From Planctomyces sp. SH-PL62 (GTDB taxonomy: Bacteria > Planctomycetota > Planctomycetia > Planctomycetales > Planctomycetaceae), in the NCBI GenBank assembly GCA_945893075.1, contig CAMDDX010000001.1:13132-77131 (forward strand): a DNA stretch of 64,000 bases, written 5' to 3'. Below the pieces are notes generated by a model that was not told the DNA's origin, searched no databases, and saw nothing but the letters and a program-made list of their open reading frames with translations. Positions 49,501-61,500 of this stretch are shown here, one piece after another. Position numbers and translations under genes: made by a program. How positions within the stretch are numbered: the stretch's first letter is position 1; each line of letters opens with the position of its first letter.

Positions 49501-52500
49501 GACCTCACGTTCGAGGACATCATCGTCGGCATCCGCTCGGGACTCGACTTCCTGGACGAGTCGCTGGCCAACGAGCCGTTCTACAACGCGACGTTGCCGG
49601 TCATTAACCGCTCGCTCGCCGAAGTCTTCAACTTCGCCGATCAATTCGCGGCGCGCGTCGAAGAGGCTGCCGCCAATCCGGCTGCGGCGATTCAAGAGGT
49701 CGAAAGCATCATCGAGACCGCGCTGGGCATCAGCGACAACAACAGCCTCGATTCGCAGGACCAAAAATTCTCGCTGCGGCTGCACGGCAACACGCTCGAT
49801 CTGCATGTCCGCTTCGACGCGGTGTTCTCGGACATGTATCAATTCCACGTCGATCTCGGCACGCTGATTCCGGAGATCGACAGCGTTGGCGAACTGAGCG
49901 ACCTGCTCGGCGGCAGCGGCAACATCCGGCTGGATGCGTTCGTGAATCTGACGGTCGATGTCGGCATTCAGTTCGGCGGCGTGGGCGGGACGCAGATCTT
50001 CCTGTACGACTACCGCCCGACACGCGAAGTCACGACGACCGCCAGCGAGTTGCTGTTTGCGAATCCCGGCTTCGCGACCGGCAGCAGCGAAGTGACCGAG
50101 TCGATGTATCAGTCGCTCAAAACGCAGTTGCTCGCCGCCAAGACCGCGGCACTCGCCGGTCAGCCGTCAGGTTCGACGCTCAAGAGCATCCGAGCCAACA
50201 TCGTCAGCGCGATCGACGCTTCGGTCGGAGACGCTGCGAACACCGACGCCGTTCACGGAGCGGGCCAGCTTCTGGGACGTCGGCAAATCGCGCTCGTCGC
50301 GCTGCAAAGCCGGCTGAAGACGGACCTCGGAGTCGATGTCGTTCTGCTCGCGGGACAACAAATTCAAGCGGCCGATGCGGCAGCGCTCGCGCAAGTCGAT
50401 GCCTTCCAGAACGTGCAACTGACGCTCGAAGTTCCGGTCGCCGCCAATCAGGCGACGGGCACGCATCTCGCGCTGGGTGGTCGTATCCTGGGACAGAATC
50501 TGGAACTCGGTCTGCAAGCGGGCCCGATCAGGATCGGCGTCAACGACGGCTACGCGGTGCTCGACGGCGACGGCAATCGCGCGACGGACGATTACGCCTC
50601 CTTCACCGTGGCACTCGATCAGAAGCCGGGCATCCCCGGTGCTCCGATCGACGACGGCAAGTTCCGCTTCGACGAGTCCTTCAGCAACAACATCCAGTTC
50701 GTGCTGCAAGGCGGTTTCGATGTCAACCTGCCGGTCAAAGTCGATGTTGCCGGTTTCGACTTCGCGCTCACCCCGCCGCTGCGAGTTCAAACCAATCCCG
50801 TCTACGGCGACCAAGGACTGCGGCAGCTTTTGAATCAGCTCACCGGGACCGCGCTCGCGATGCCCGGAACTCCCGCGATCCTTTACAGCTATCCGGACAT
50901 TGCCGGTTCGTTCGAAAATCTTGGCGGACAATACTCGGTGCTCGGACTGATCAACGATCCTTCGGTCGTGATCGACGGCATCGACACGGCGCTCGGAGCG
51001 GTGCAGGACGTCTTCGACAGCAGCGTGGCTCAGGACATCCCGCTGATCGGCGACAAGCTGAAATCCGCCGCGCAGTTCCTCGGCGAATTGCGGACGGGCT
51101 TGCTCAAAGACATCCGAGACAAAGTCAGCGGCAACGGCAAGCTGATCGAAGTCGTCCGCGACGCGCTGTACGACGTCTTCGGGCCTGACCTGCTGGGCAT
51201 CCTGCGCGACAACAATCTCAACGGCACGATCAACGAGAATGACGTGATCGTCGGCTGGTACCGCAAGGACGGCACGTTCCTGCAAGTCTGGACGCTCGGC
51301 GGTTCATTGCCCACGGGAGCCGACGCGATTCAATTCAACGTCGGACTCGGCGGCTTGCTGTTCGGTGACGGCATCGACATCCCGCTGAACATCGACCTGC
51401 CTGGGTTTGGGCTGAACGTCGATGGCGGCTTCGCGCTGGAAATCGCTTGGGCTTACGACTTCGGCTTCGGTCTGTCGACCACGGACGGCTTCTATCTCAC
51501 CACGAATGCCAGCAACGCGGTGCCGGAATTCCGCTTCGACGTTAAAGCGTTCCTGGATGGCAGCCCGGATGACCCCGGCGTCACGACCGCCTTCTCCGGC
51601 ACGGGCAAGCTGCTGTTCTTCAAAGTCACGCTGGTCGATCAAGACATCTATCCCCTTCAGCCGGGCTTCCAGCCCAGCGGCGTGTACGGTGGCTTGAGCG
51701 TGAATTACTCCGGCAACTCGCGCGGACGACTCACCTACAACCACATCGTCTCGACGCCGCTCGCCAAACTGTTCGACGTCAATTTCGGAGTCGATGCGCA
51801 GTTGAAGCTGGCCGCGACGCTGGAAGTCGATGGCGTTTCGGTGCTGCCGAAGTTGAAAGGCGATCTGAGGCTCGGCTGGGGCTGGAATCTGAAGACCGGA
51901 GCCACTGAGCCGGTCGTCGCGCTCGAACGCTTCCGCGTCGATGTCGGCACGCTCGTCACCGGCTTCCTCAAGCCGATCGCGGAGAAGATTTCGGGAATCC
52001 TGGAACCGTTCCGGCCGGTCATCGACGGGTTACTCGATCCGATCCCTGGCTTTTCTTTGCTTCTGCCACGGGGCGAGGACAACTTGATTGGCTTGATCAA
52101 CCTGGTCCTGAAGATCAACGGGAAGAAGCCGATCGATACGTCGTTCCTGAAGGCCGCGAAAGACATGCTCGACCTCGTGGCACAGATCGACGACATGATC
52201 AACGACGCGACGGGCGAAATCTATCTGGGCGAAATGATTGGGCTGGGCACCAAGGCGGCCAGCGCGGTGCAAGCGTCCGCCGCCAGCCTCGCAGCCTTGG
52301 GAGACGCGGCCGCTGGCCTGTCGCTCGACGCGTCACCTGCATTGAACGCCAAGCTGGAGACCGTGAAGAATAAATCTTCGGCGGGCACCGTGACCACGAA
52401 CCGATCCGGCTTCAAGGCTCTGGAATACATCAAGGACATCTCGAACTGGCTGAAGGTTCTGAAAGGAGGCGATGCCACGCTCTTCACCTACGAGATGCCG

Positions 52501-55500
52501 AAGTTCGAATTCAAGGCCGAGTTCGACGTCACACTGGTCACGATTCTGCTCGGTCCCGTGCCGTTGTCGATCAAAGCGTTCGGCAAGTTTGCAGCGTCCG
52601 TGGATCTGGCCTTCGGCTACGACACCTACGGCATCAGGACGGCGATCTCCACCGGCAACTTCGCGTACGTTTTAGACGGCTTCTATGTTTCGGACTTCAC
52701 CCTGCCGGACTTCAAGAATGGCAAGGTCGTCCCAAACACCGGTGGCACGGATAAGGATGAATTCACGCTCCAAGTGGTCGTCGGCCTGGCTGCGGAAGTG
52801 AATCTCGGACTCATCGCAGCCGGTCTGGAAGGTGGCATCGAACTGAAGGTCGGCGCGGACCTCAACGACATCGGTCTCGGGCTCCTGACGAAGGACGATC
52901 TCGGCAATGTGACCAACACAGAGTTTCTCTCCGACGGCAAGATTCGCGGGACTGAAATCGCGACGATGTTCAACTTCGACAGCGATGACGACGGCGAGGG
53001 CGATGGTTTCAGCAACCTCTTCAACCTCGTCGCCAAGCTCGACCTGTTCGCGAATGCCTACGCCAGTACCGTCATCACGGGCCGGATCTTCGACTTCGAG
53101 CTCTTCCGCACGACGCTCTATGAGTATGAATACAAAGCACCGCCCGTGGTGCCGACCCTCGCGAAGAAAGTCGGCTCGACGCTGTACATCAACGCGGGTC
53201 CGCAAGCCGGTGATCGAGAGTACTTCGACATTGATGACGGCAACGAGAATTTCATTATCAGCGGCTCCGGCGGTACGGTGAATGTCGAGTTCGATCCCAC
53301 TCCGTTCACCGAAAAACCGGATCGTCCAGCGAACGCACCGAAACGCTTCCTCGGCTGGTACCAGACCTACACCGGCATCACAGAAGTCGTCGTTGACATG
53401 GGCAACGGGGACGACACGTTCAACGCCACGCGACTGCGGGACGTGACGGTCGATGTGAAGGGTGGAGCCGGCAAGGACAAACTGTATTCCGGCTTCGCGG
53501 GCGGCATTCTCGACGGCGGCGACGGCGACGATCAGCTCTTCGGCAACACGCTCGACGGCAATTCCGCGGCGGAAACGCTGCGGGGCGGAGCGGGCAGCGA
53601 TCGCCTCAATGGCGGTAACGGCAACGATCGGCTCGACGGCGGTTCCGGCAACGACGTCCTGTCGGGCGGCGATGGGGATGACACCTTCGCGTTCGGGGAC
53701 GGCTACGGAGTCGATCGCTTCAACGACGCTGCTGGCAACGCGAGCTTCGATTTCAGCGCGATGACCATCTCGGTCACCGGCACATTGAATTCGCGCGGCA
53801 TCGAAGTCTTCCAGGATGAAGAGAACCGCATCCGAGCCTCACGAGCGACCGTCACGGCGGTCACTCTGGGACAGGCCGACGACCGGCTGTTCGTCAAAGA
53901 GTTCGCCGAACGAGCGATCTCCGTCAGCGATGTCGGCGGCAACGATCAGTACCGCGTCACGATGGGCAATGCCGGTTCGACGAAAGCCACCGGGACGCTG
54001 TCGATCTCGGACAACAACGGCCTGTTCGACGACATCGTGCTCGAACAGACGCGATCCGGAAGTCCGATCCAGCTTGATTCGTTCCTGGTCACCAACGGTC
54101 GCGAAGTCATCAACTACAACACGGGCGTCGAACGCCTGACGATATTCGGCAAAGCGGGAGCCTTCGATTATGAAACTGGCGACATCATCGACTTCGGCGG
54201 CAAGGTGACCTACACGATCGACGCAGCCGACAGCGCCGTCGATCTCAAGACCACGGGCCTGCGAGTCATCACCGATCAGTTCGTCATCAGCAACGAGCTG
54301 AAGGCCGGACATGTGCTCGTCGAATCCTTCAAAGACATCAACGTCGCCCAGCGGATCAACGCCGGCGACAACGGCTACATCGACCTGCGAGTCTTCAAGG
54401 ACGGGGGCGATATTCATCTCAACGCCGACCTGTTCGCGTCGGCGGGCGATGATTGGAACGGGACCGGCTCCGGCTACATCCGGCTGGTCGCGCCGGACGG
54501 ATCGATCACGAACGACAACGACATTTTCATCAAAGGGACGAACGCGCATCTCATCGTGAAGGCTTACGAGTCGGTCGGCACGTTCGCCGCACCGCTGCGC
54601 ACCGAAGTCGGCAGCTTGACGGCCGCGACCTCGGCGGAAGCGGTCGGCAACGTCGTCGTCATCGAAGCGGACGACTTGATACTGACGAGCACCGATTCGC
54701 ACGGCTCGCTGGTGAATTATGGTCTGATTATCCCGAACCTCGCCGATCCCCCGAAATGGGTCACGACGGTCACTTGGGACGACGACGCCACACCCGATTG
54801 GCTCAATCAAGTCCGCGATGGCAACGACATCTACGCCGTGACGAGCGGCACCGGGATCATCGACATCAGGCTGCTCGGACAAGACGCCTTGCTGACATTG
54901 CAGTCGGGCAGGATCGAAGCTCGCGCCGCCGGCAAGACGACCTTCCTCACGGCCGATGACTTCGATTTCTCCAGCGGCGAGAACCAGATCGTCGGACCCG
55001 GCGTGCTCGATATTCGTTCGACACACGACGAGATCAACTACCGGCTCGGTTCGGCGGGCGAGAACGTTCAGGGCGTTGACGTATCGACGCTCACTCGCGA
55101 CGGCACGGCGCACATCGGAGTCCGCGACTTCGCGGCGATCGGCGATGATTTTTCGGAGGTGCTGATCGGCCACGCGTTCGTCAACACCAGCGACATCGGC
55201 AACACGATGACCTTCGGCGACATCGAAGACGATCCGGTCATCAAGTTGGGCTTCATGCCGCGCAGCTCGAAGGCCGCGCTCCGCAACCTGACCAAGTTCT
55301 ACGCCGACACGATGACGATCGCCGGTGACGTGCAGGCACCCGACGATACCATCGAACTCCATGCCCATCGTGCCGAAGTCAACGCCAAGAACCTGCATGC
55401 TCAACTGCAAGCCAACGATTCCGGCGTCACCGCGCAGAACGTCTGGTTCGATCTCGCCGAGCAACTGCAACACGGCGGCTGGATCATCGGGGAAGAGCGC

Positions 55501-58500
55501 GTCGATATCGACGTGCTCAGCAGCGACGGCACGCGGCCCTACTTCGCCTTCCCGGATGAACTGGTCAGTCTGAAGTCAGATGTCGGCAGCCGTATCGAGT
55601 CGCTCAATCCCAACAGCAGCATCGACATCAACACGAACCAGTCGATCCAAATTGCCGGACTGGTCGAGGTGTACGCAGCCGCTTCACGCGCCGACCTCAC
55701 GACCGCCACGAAGCTGACGGTTCTCGAAGGGGGCGTCGTGGCCGGTCGCGATGACTTCAACGTCCTGACGCTCAATGCGGGTGTGACCGTTTCGATCAAT
55801 CCAGGTGGAGCCGTCACCGCTGGGGCACGCTTCGACGACGTCGACGGCACGCCGGTCGCCGTGCAGACCGGAGCCGGTGCGGACGCGATCCTGAATTCGC
55901 CGCACGAACTGTTCATCGGCGGCACGGTCACGACCTCCGATCAAATGCAGCTCAACTCCGGCTCGCCAGAGTTCGATCACACGGCGTACTTCAACGGTTT
56001 CGCGGACGTCGATCCGCAGCATCCGCTGATCGGACACAGCCAGTACGGCATCCTGCTGACCGGGACGCTCACGTCGCTGGCGGCAAACACCGAACTGAAA
56101 CTGGTCTCGAATGCCGACATCATTTCGCGCGGTAACATCAACGTCTTCGGAGCGAATTCCAACTTGCTGATTCAGTCGGATCGGTTCGTCTATCTCGAAG
56201 GCTTCACGGATGTGAGAAAAAACGCTCGCATTTACGGCGGCGTCGAGACCAATGGCACCGTCTACGATGACGCTGACCCGATTCTCGGCAGCAGCGTTTA
56301 TGTCGCGACAACCTCGCGCACCGTGACTCGCGCTGCCGGCAGTTCGATCGATATCCGCGGAGCGAAAGATGTGGACCTGCTGGGCGCGATCGTTGCCGGC
56401 GGAACGATTGGAGAAAGCGGCGTCACCTTCTCCGGTCCAAGTTCCAGCATCACGGTCACAGCGGGCGAGCAAGTCTTCCTGGACAGCGGACTGCTGGCGT
56501 CCGGTACGGTGACGGTCAATTCGGGAACTCCCGGAGCGGACGACACGCTCGCCGCGCTCTTCCCAGGCCAGACGCTTCCCGCCGACGACGGCAACGATCG
56601 ACTGAGCCTCGTCATCACAACGGCCGGCGGCATCAACACCGTCGGCGATACTACGGACAACTCCGGCGGCGGCATCGTCATCAATGCCAGTGGCAACATT
56701 GAGATTCTCGGCAACCTGACTGCCGGAGCGGCAGTCACGCAACAATTCGATGTGGACGGCAAATTCCTCGGTGAGACCTTCACTTACTCCGACGAGCCGA
56801 CGACTCTGACGATCAACGCGACGGGCCGAGCCTTCCTCGGTGGCCATACGCTCAATGAAGCGCAGGAACTGGTCCAGACCGGCACGTTCCTGCGAGCCGC
56901 GCACGCGATGACGATCAACGGCGGCAGCTTCCGCACCGGCGAAGGCTTGCTGGTTCATGCCGCCAGCGAATTGACCGTCAACGACAAAGACGGCTTCATC
57001 ACGCTGACTTCGGAGCAGAATGCGACCGTGCTGGGCCTGTTCGTGGCCGGCGGTCGCATCGACACCGTGCGCGATATTAACGGCGGATATCTTGGCCGAG
57101 TTCCGGTGTACTTCGATGGCAATTCGGTCATCACCCTGCGAGCGGGCGGGACAATCGAAATCGGTCAGGACATCGTTGCCGGCCAGAAGATCAACATCAT
57201 TGGCGGCAATGGATCTGTCAGCAGCGGGCCGGGTCTGAAAGTCCAGGGCAGCGGGCGATTGATCACGCTGCGAGAAAACAGCGAAATCAATCTCAACGCG
57301 CCGGGCGAAGTCGTCATCCAACCCCCCGGACACATCAACGAGATCGAAGCGGCGGGCTTCATCGCCATCAACGACGGCAAGCTGGCCAGCGACATCACGT
57401 TCGGCCTGACCGTTGATCGAGTGGACTTCTCGTATCGCGGCACGGTCACGATCACGGCCGAGCAAACCGCCAACAACACCGGCATCGCCGATGTCGTCGC
57501 CGACCTGCAGGCGGCCATCGAAAACGGTGCCTTCACGATCATTGAATCGGACAATCCGAACTACGTCGTCGATGCGGCCTTCATAGAACTCGCCGATGAT
57601 CCGAGCACTGACGGCATCGTCGATCCGGATGTGAAAGTGAAACTCCGCAACGGCAAGCTGCTGCTGACGGCACCGTATGAAGTCATCTTCAATCCCATCG
57701 AGCTGCTCGCGGCCATCACCGGAGCGGCTGAGTTACTGGCCGCGCTCGGTTTCGACACGACCGACGGACCGCTGACCACATCGCGGCTGTATGCCATCGA
57801 CGCGGCCCAGCCCGGTTCGACGGTCAACATCGGAGCGCCCGACGGCCCGAACGGCAAGCTGTCGATCGGCGGCAAAGTCCGAGCGCACTCGGCCATCAAT
57901 CTCTACAGCGGCACATCGCCCGACGGGGTCGACATCGACCTGGGCCCGACCGGAGTGCTCGAAACGGTCAACGGTTCGATTCAATTCACCGCCGGGCAAT
58001 ACGGCGACATTCAAGGTGAGATCATCGCGGGCGGAGCGGGTTCAGACATCATTCTCGATGCCGCGCAGACGCTGCGGATTCGCGGGCACCTCACCGCCAA
58101 CGACGACATCCTGCTGATGGCCGGAGTGGCACTCGTCGAGCATCAAGTCAGCGTGCAGATCGACGGCACCAGCAAACTGATCTCCGCTGGCGGCGGCGGT
58201 GACGGCGAGATCGTCGTCACTGGCTACAACGACGTGGTCTTCAACGGCGTCGTCGGCAGCGGCAGCAATCAGTTGACTCGATTGGAACTCAACGCCGAGT
58301 ACGGCAACTTGACGATTCCGAAGACCTCGGGCCGCATTGAATCCGACGCGCTGATCTTCCTCAAGGGTGCGATCGTCGATGTGCAAGGTGTTGTTCACAG
58401 CACACTGACAACAGCGAGCACCAGCGACTACGAAATCACGATCGACGCCAGCGACACGGCGATGATCAACGGCGATCTGCAATTGACCGGCTCGCTGCTG

Positions 58501-61500
58501 ATCGACGCGGAAAACCTCGTCGAAGTCTTCAACACGACGATCGCCATCACCGAACCCGGACAGCACGTTCGCTTCACCGGCGGCAACATCCGTTTCGGCA
58601 AAGCCTCGACTGATACCAATGGCGATCCGGTGCAGCTCGGCGCGCTGGTCACGGCCGTGGATCTCATCGAGTTCCACGCGACCGGACTCATCGAGATCGG
58701 TTCTGGATCGGTCATCGCGACCAGCGCCGAGAACAGCGTGATCGACCTGCAAGCCGGCAGTCTGGCAATCGCCGGTTCGCTGCTGGCCGGAGCGACGGTC
58801 GCAGAACCCGCTCTCGGCGAGAGCGGGCTACACTTCGGCGGCGCGGGTGCGGACATCACGATCACGGCGAAGGAAACTGTGTCACTGGGCGGCCTGGGAA
58901 TCATCGGCGGCGTTTCGCAGACCGTCGGCGGCACATTGGCCGCAACCGGAGACATCTCCGTCAACGTCCGTGGCGGATCGGAGGATGTCAGCTTCTCGAT
59001 GAACGGAAGCAGTTCGCTCCGCACCGTCGCTGCCACCAACGAGGCTCCCGATCTCAGCCACACGATCACGCTGACGACCGATCAGAACATTCAGATCGAC
59101 GGCACAATCTCTGCGCTGCCCGAAGGTGGCGACATCACGCTCACGTCGAGCGAAATGATTCTCATCAACGGATTCGTCAAAGCGGACGACAAACTGACGC
59201 TGAACGGCGGCAGTGACGAGACGGGAGTAGGCTTGATGGTGCAGCCGTTTGTCTTCGACGGCGGCAACCGAGTCAGCGGCGGTACGCTGACGACGAATGT
59301 CGGCGGCACGATTTCGCTCGCGACGACCCAGAAGATGGTGCTGGGTGGTGTGATTGGCGAGGTTCACTCGGAGATCGCCGACGCGGTGTCAATCAGCGTC
59401 ACTCAGGCGAGCGAAGTGATGGTCACGGGCGTTTTGAACGCGGCCGAACGCATCGACATCCGTGCGACGAGCATCGCCATCGCTCCGGACGCTGTGCTTC
59501 AAACACGAACCGCTGGCGGCATCGTCGATCTGCGAGCGACTGGCAGCTTCATCATCGGAGCCACCACGGTGGGCACGCAGCCCGCGCTGATTCAAAGCGA
59601 CGCGCTGGTGCATCTGGTCGGTGACACGCTCAGTCTCGACGGTCAGATCATCGGCACCAGCAGCACGGGCCGAGTGGTCATCAACGCAGTCAACTCGGTG
59701 ACGTTCTTCGGCGCGGTCAACGCGGAGAATTCGCTGGAAGTGAATGCCGGTGTCGGAGCGAATTGGACGACGGAGCAACTGCTGGGCACGATCGTGCTGG
59801 CGGACCTGAGCGGTGGCGACATCACGATCAACGGCGGCACGCTGACCAGCAGCGGTGAATCGCACCTGCTGGCTGGCCATGACGTCAATGTGACCGGCTC
59901 GATGAGCGTTGGCGGCGACCCGGTTCCGGTGCGTCGCCCGATCATCGTCACGACACCGCGGACGATCGAAGTCATCACGGGCACGCGGCAAGTCGCGGTC
60001 GGCAGCATCCTGGTCCCACTCGTCACGTTTGTCTCGACGACGACCACCGAGCAAGTCGGTACCGAAAGCGTCCGTGTCGGCAGCGCGTTCAATACCGCCG
60101 ACGTGACGCTGACGCAGTTGGGCTACTACAACGAGAACGCGCCGGTCGCGACACGATTCCGCAAGATATTTGTCGAAGGGATCGACTACTCGAACGGGAG
60201 CATCAATTGGAACAAGGTCTACGATCCGCTCACTGGCGACATCAGAACGCTGTCGACCTTCACCGCAGCGTCGGGCACGACGGAGTTTGGAGCACTCAGC
60301 GATAACCAACGCGATTCCGTGCTCATCCAGCTCGGCTATCGCAAGTACTACAACGTCAGCTTCGCCAATCTGAAAACGAACAACACCATCAACGGCATCC
60401 CGACTCAAATCGCGTGGCACCCCACCTGGGAAACCGCCTTCACCACGCAGACGGTGGATACCAGCTACGTCAACGCCAGCGGCGTGTTCGTCAGCGGCCC
60501 GTTGCTCACTTTCAAGCAGTACACCAACACCACTTCCGCGCGTTTGCCGGTCGATGGCTGGCGCGACAAATACGTCCGGTTGCCAGCCGGAGCGGAATCG
60601 GACATTTTACGAGTGGTCTCACAGGGCGAAGCCACAACGTTCCAGGAAGATGTCGGCGACTACTACGACCAAGCCCGCGTGCTCTATTACCAGGACAAGT
60701 CGGCACATACGTTTAACCAAGATGGAGACTTCCGCAGAACGGACTTTGATAATTCCCCGGTCCGCTGGGATGTGAGCTATTTCGATTCGGGCAAACGTTG
60801 GTATTCGATCAACGACGGCCGCACGGCCGGCAATATGGTCAACGAGTTCCAAAATCCACTCTGGAATGCCGGAGGCAAATCCCAGTCGGGCGACATCAAC
60901 GGTCGCTCGATTAACGTGCAATCTGGCTACGTCGCGACAACGCGTCTGATCAATAACCAGTCTGTCTACAGCCTGCGAGACATGTTTCGCGTCGGCGATC
61001 TTGAGCGGCTCTTGTTCGACGTCGAATTCAATTTCCGTCTTCGTTGGAATGAAGGCGATGGGCCCGGAAGTCCAGAGATCGGTTTCACGGTCGTTGTCTA
61101 TAACGATGGAAACGAGGTCGCGCGGCGGAACGGCTCTGAGAATGATCGGGAGGAAGGCGAGTTCTCCTTCACCCTCAACCCCGACCTCAACACGCTGCCC
61201 CGTCAGCCTCGTGACAAGAGCTATTCGGTCTTAGTCGACTTCAACGAAGACGATGACCCGTTCTTTCAAAATGTCACATTCAACGTGAGCCTGAGTTCGT
61301 CAGTCGATGAGCGGAGAACTGCTGGGCTCGATGATGGAGAATACGGACAGGTCATCCTCAGCGTTTCAGGCGACGCCGGGCAATGGGTCGATATCAACGA
61401 CGTATACGAGCTGTTCCGCGACGATCTTTACAACTGGGAGTCCAAATTTCTCGACGTCGTCGATACCCGCTTGCAGTTGTCGTATCAGTTCGTCACCAAG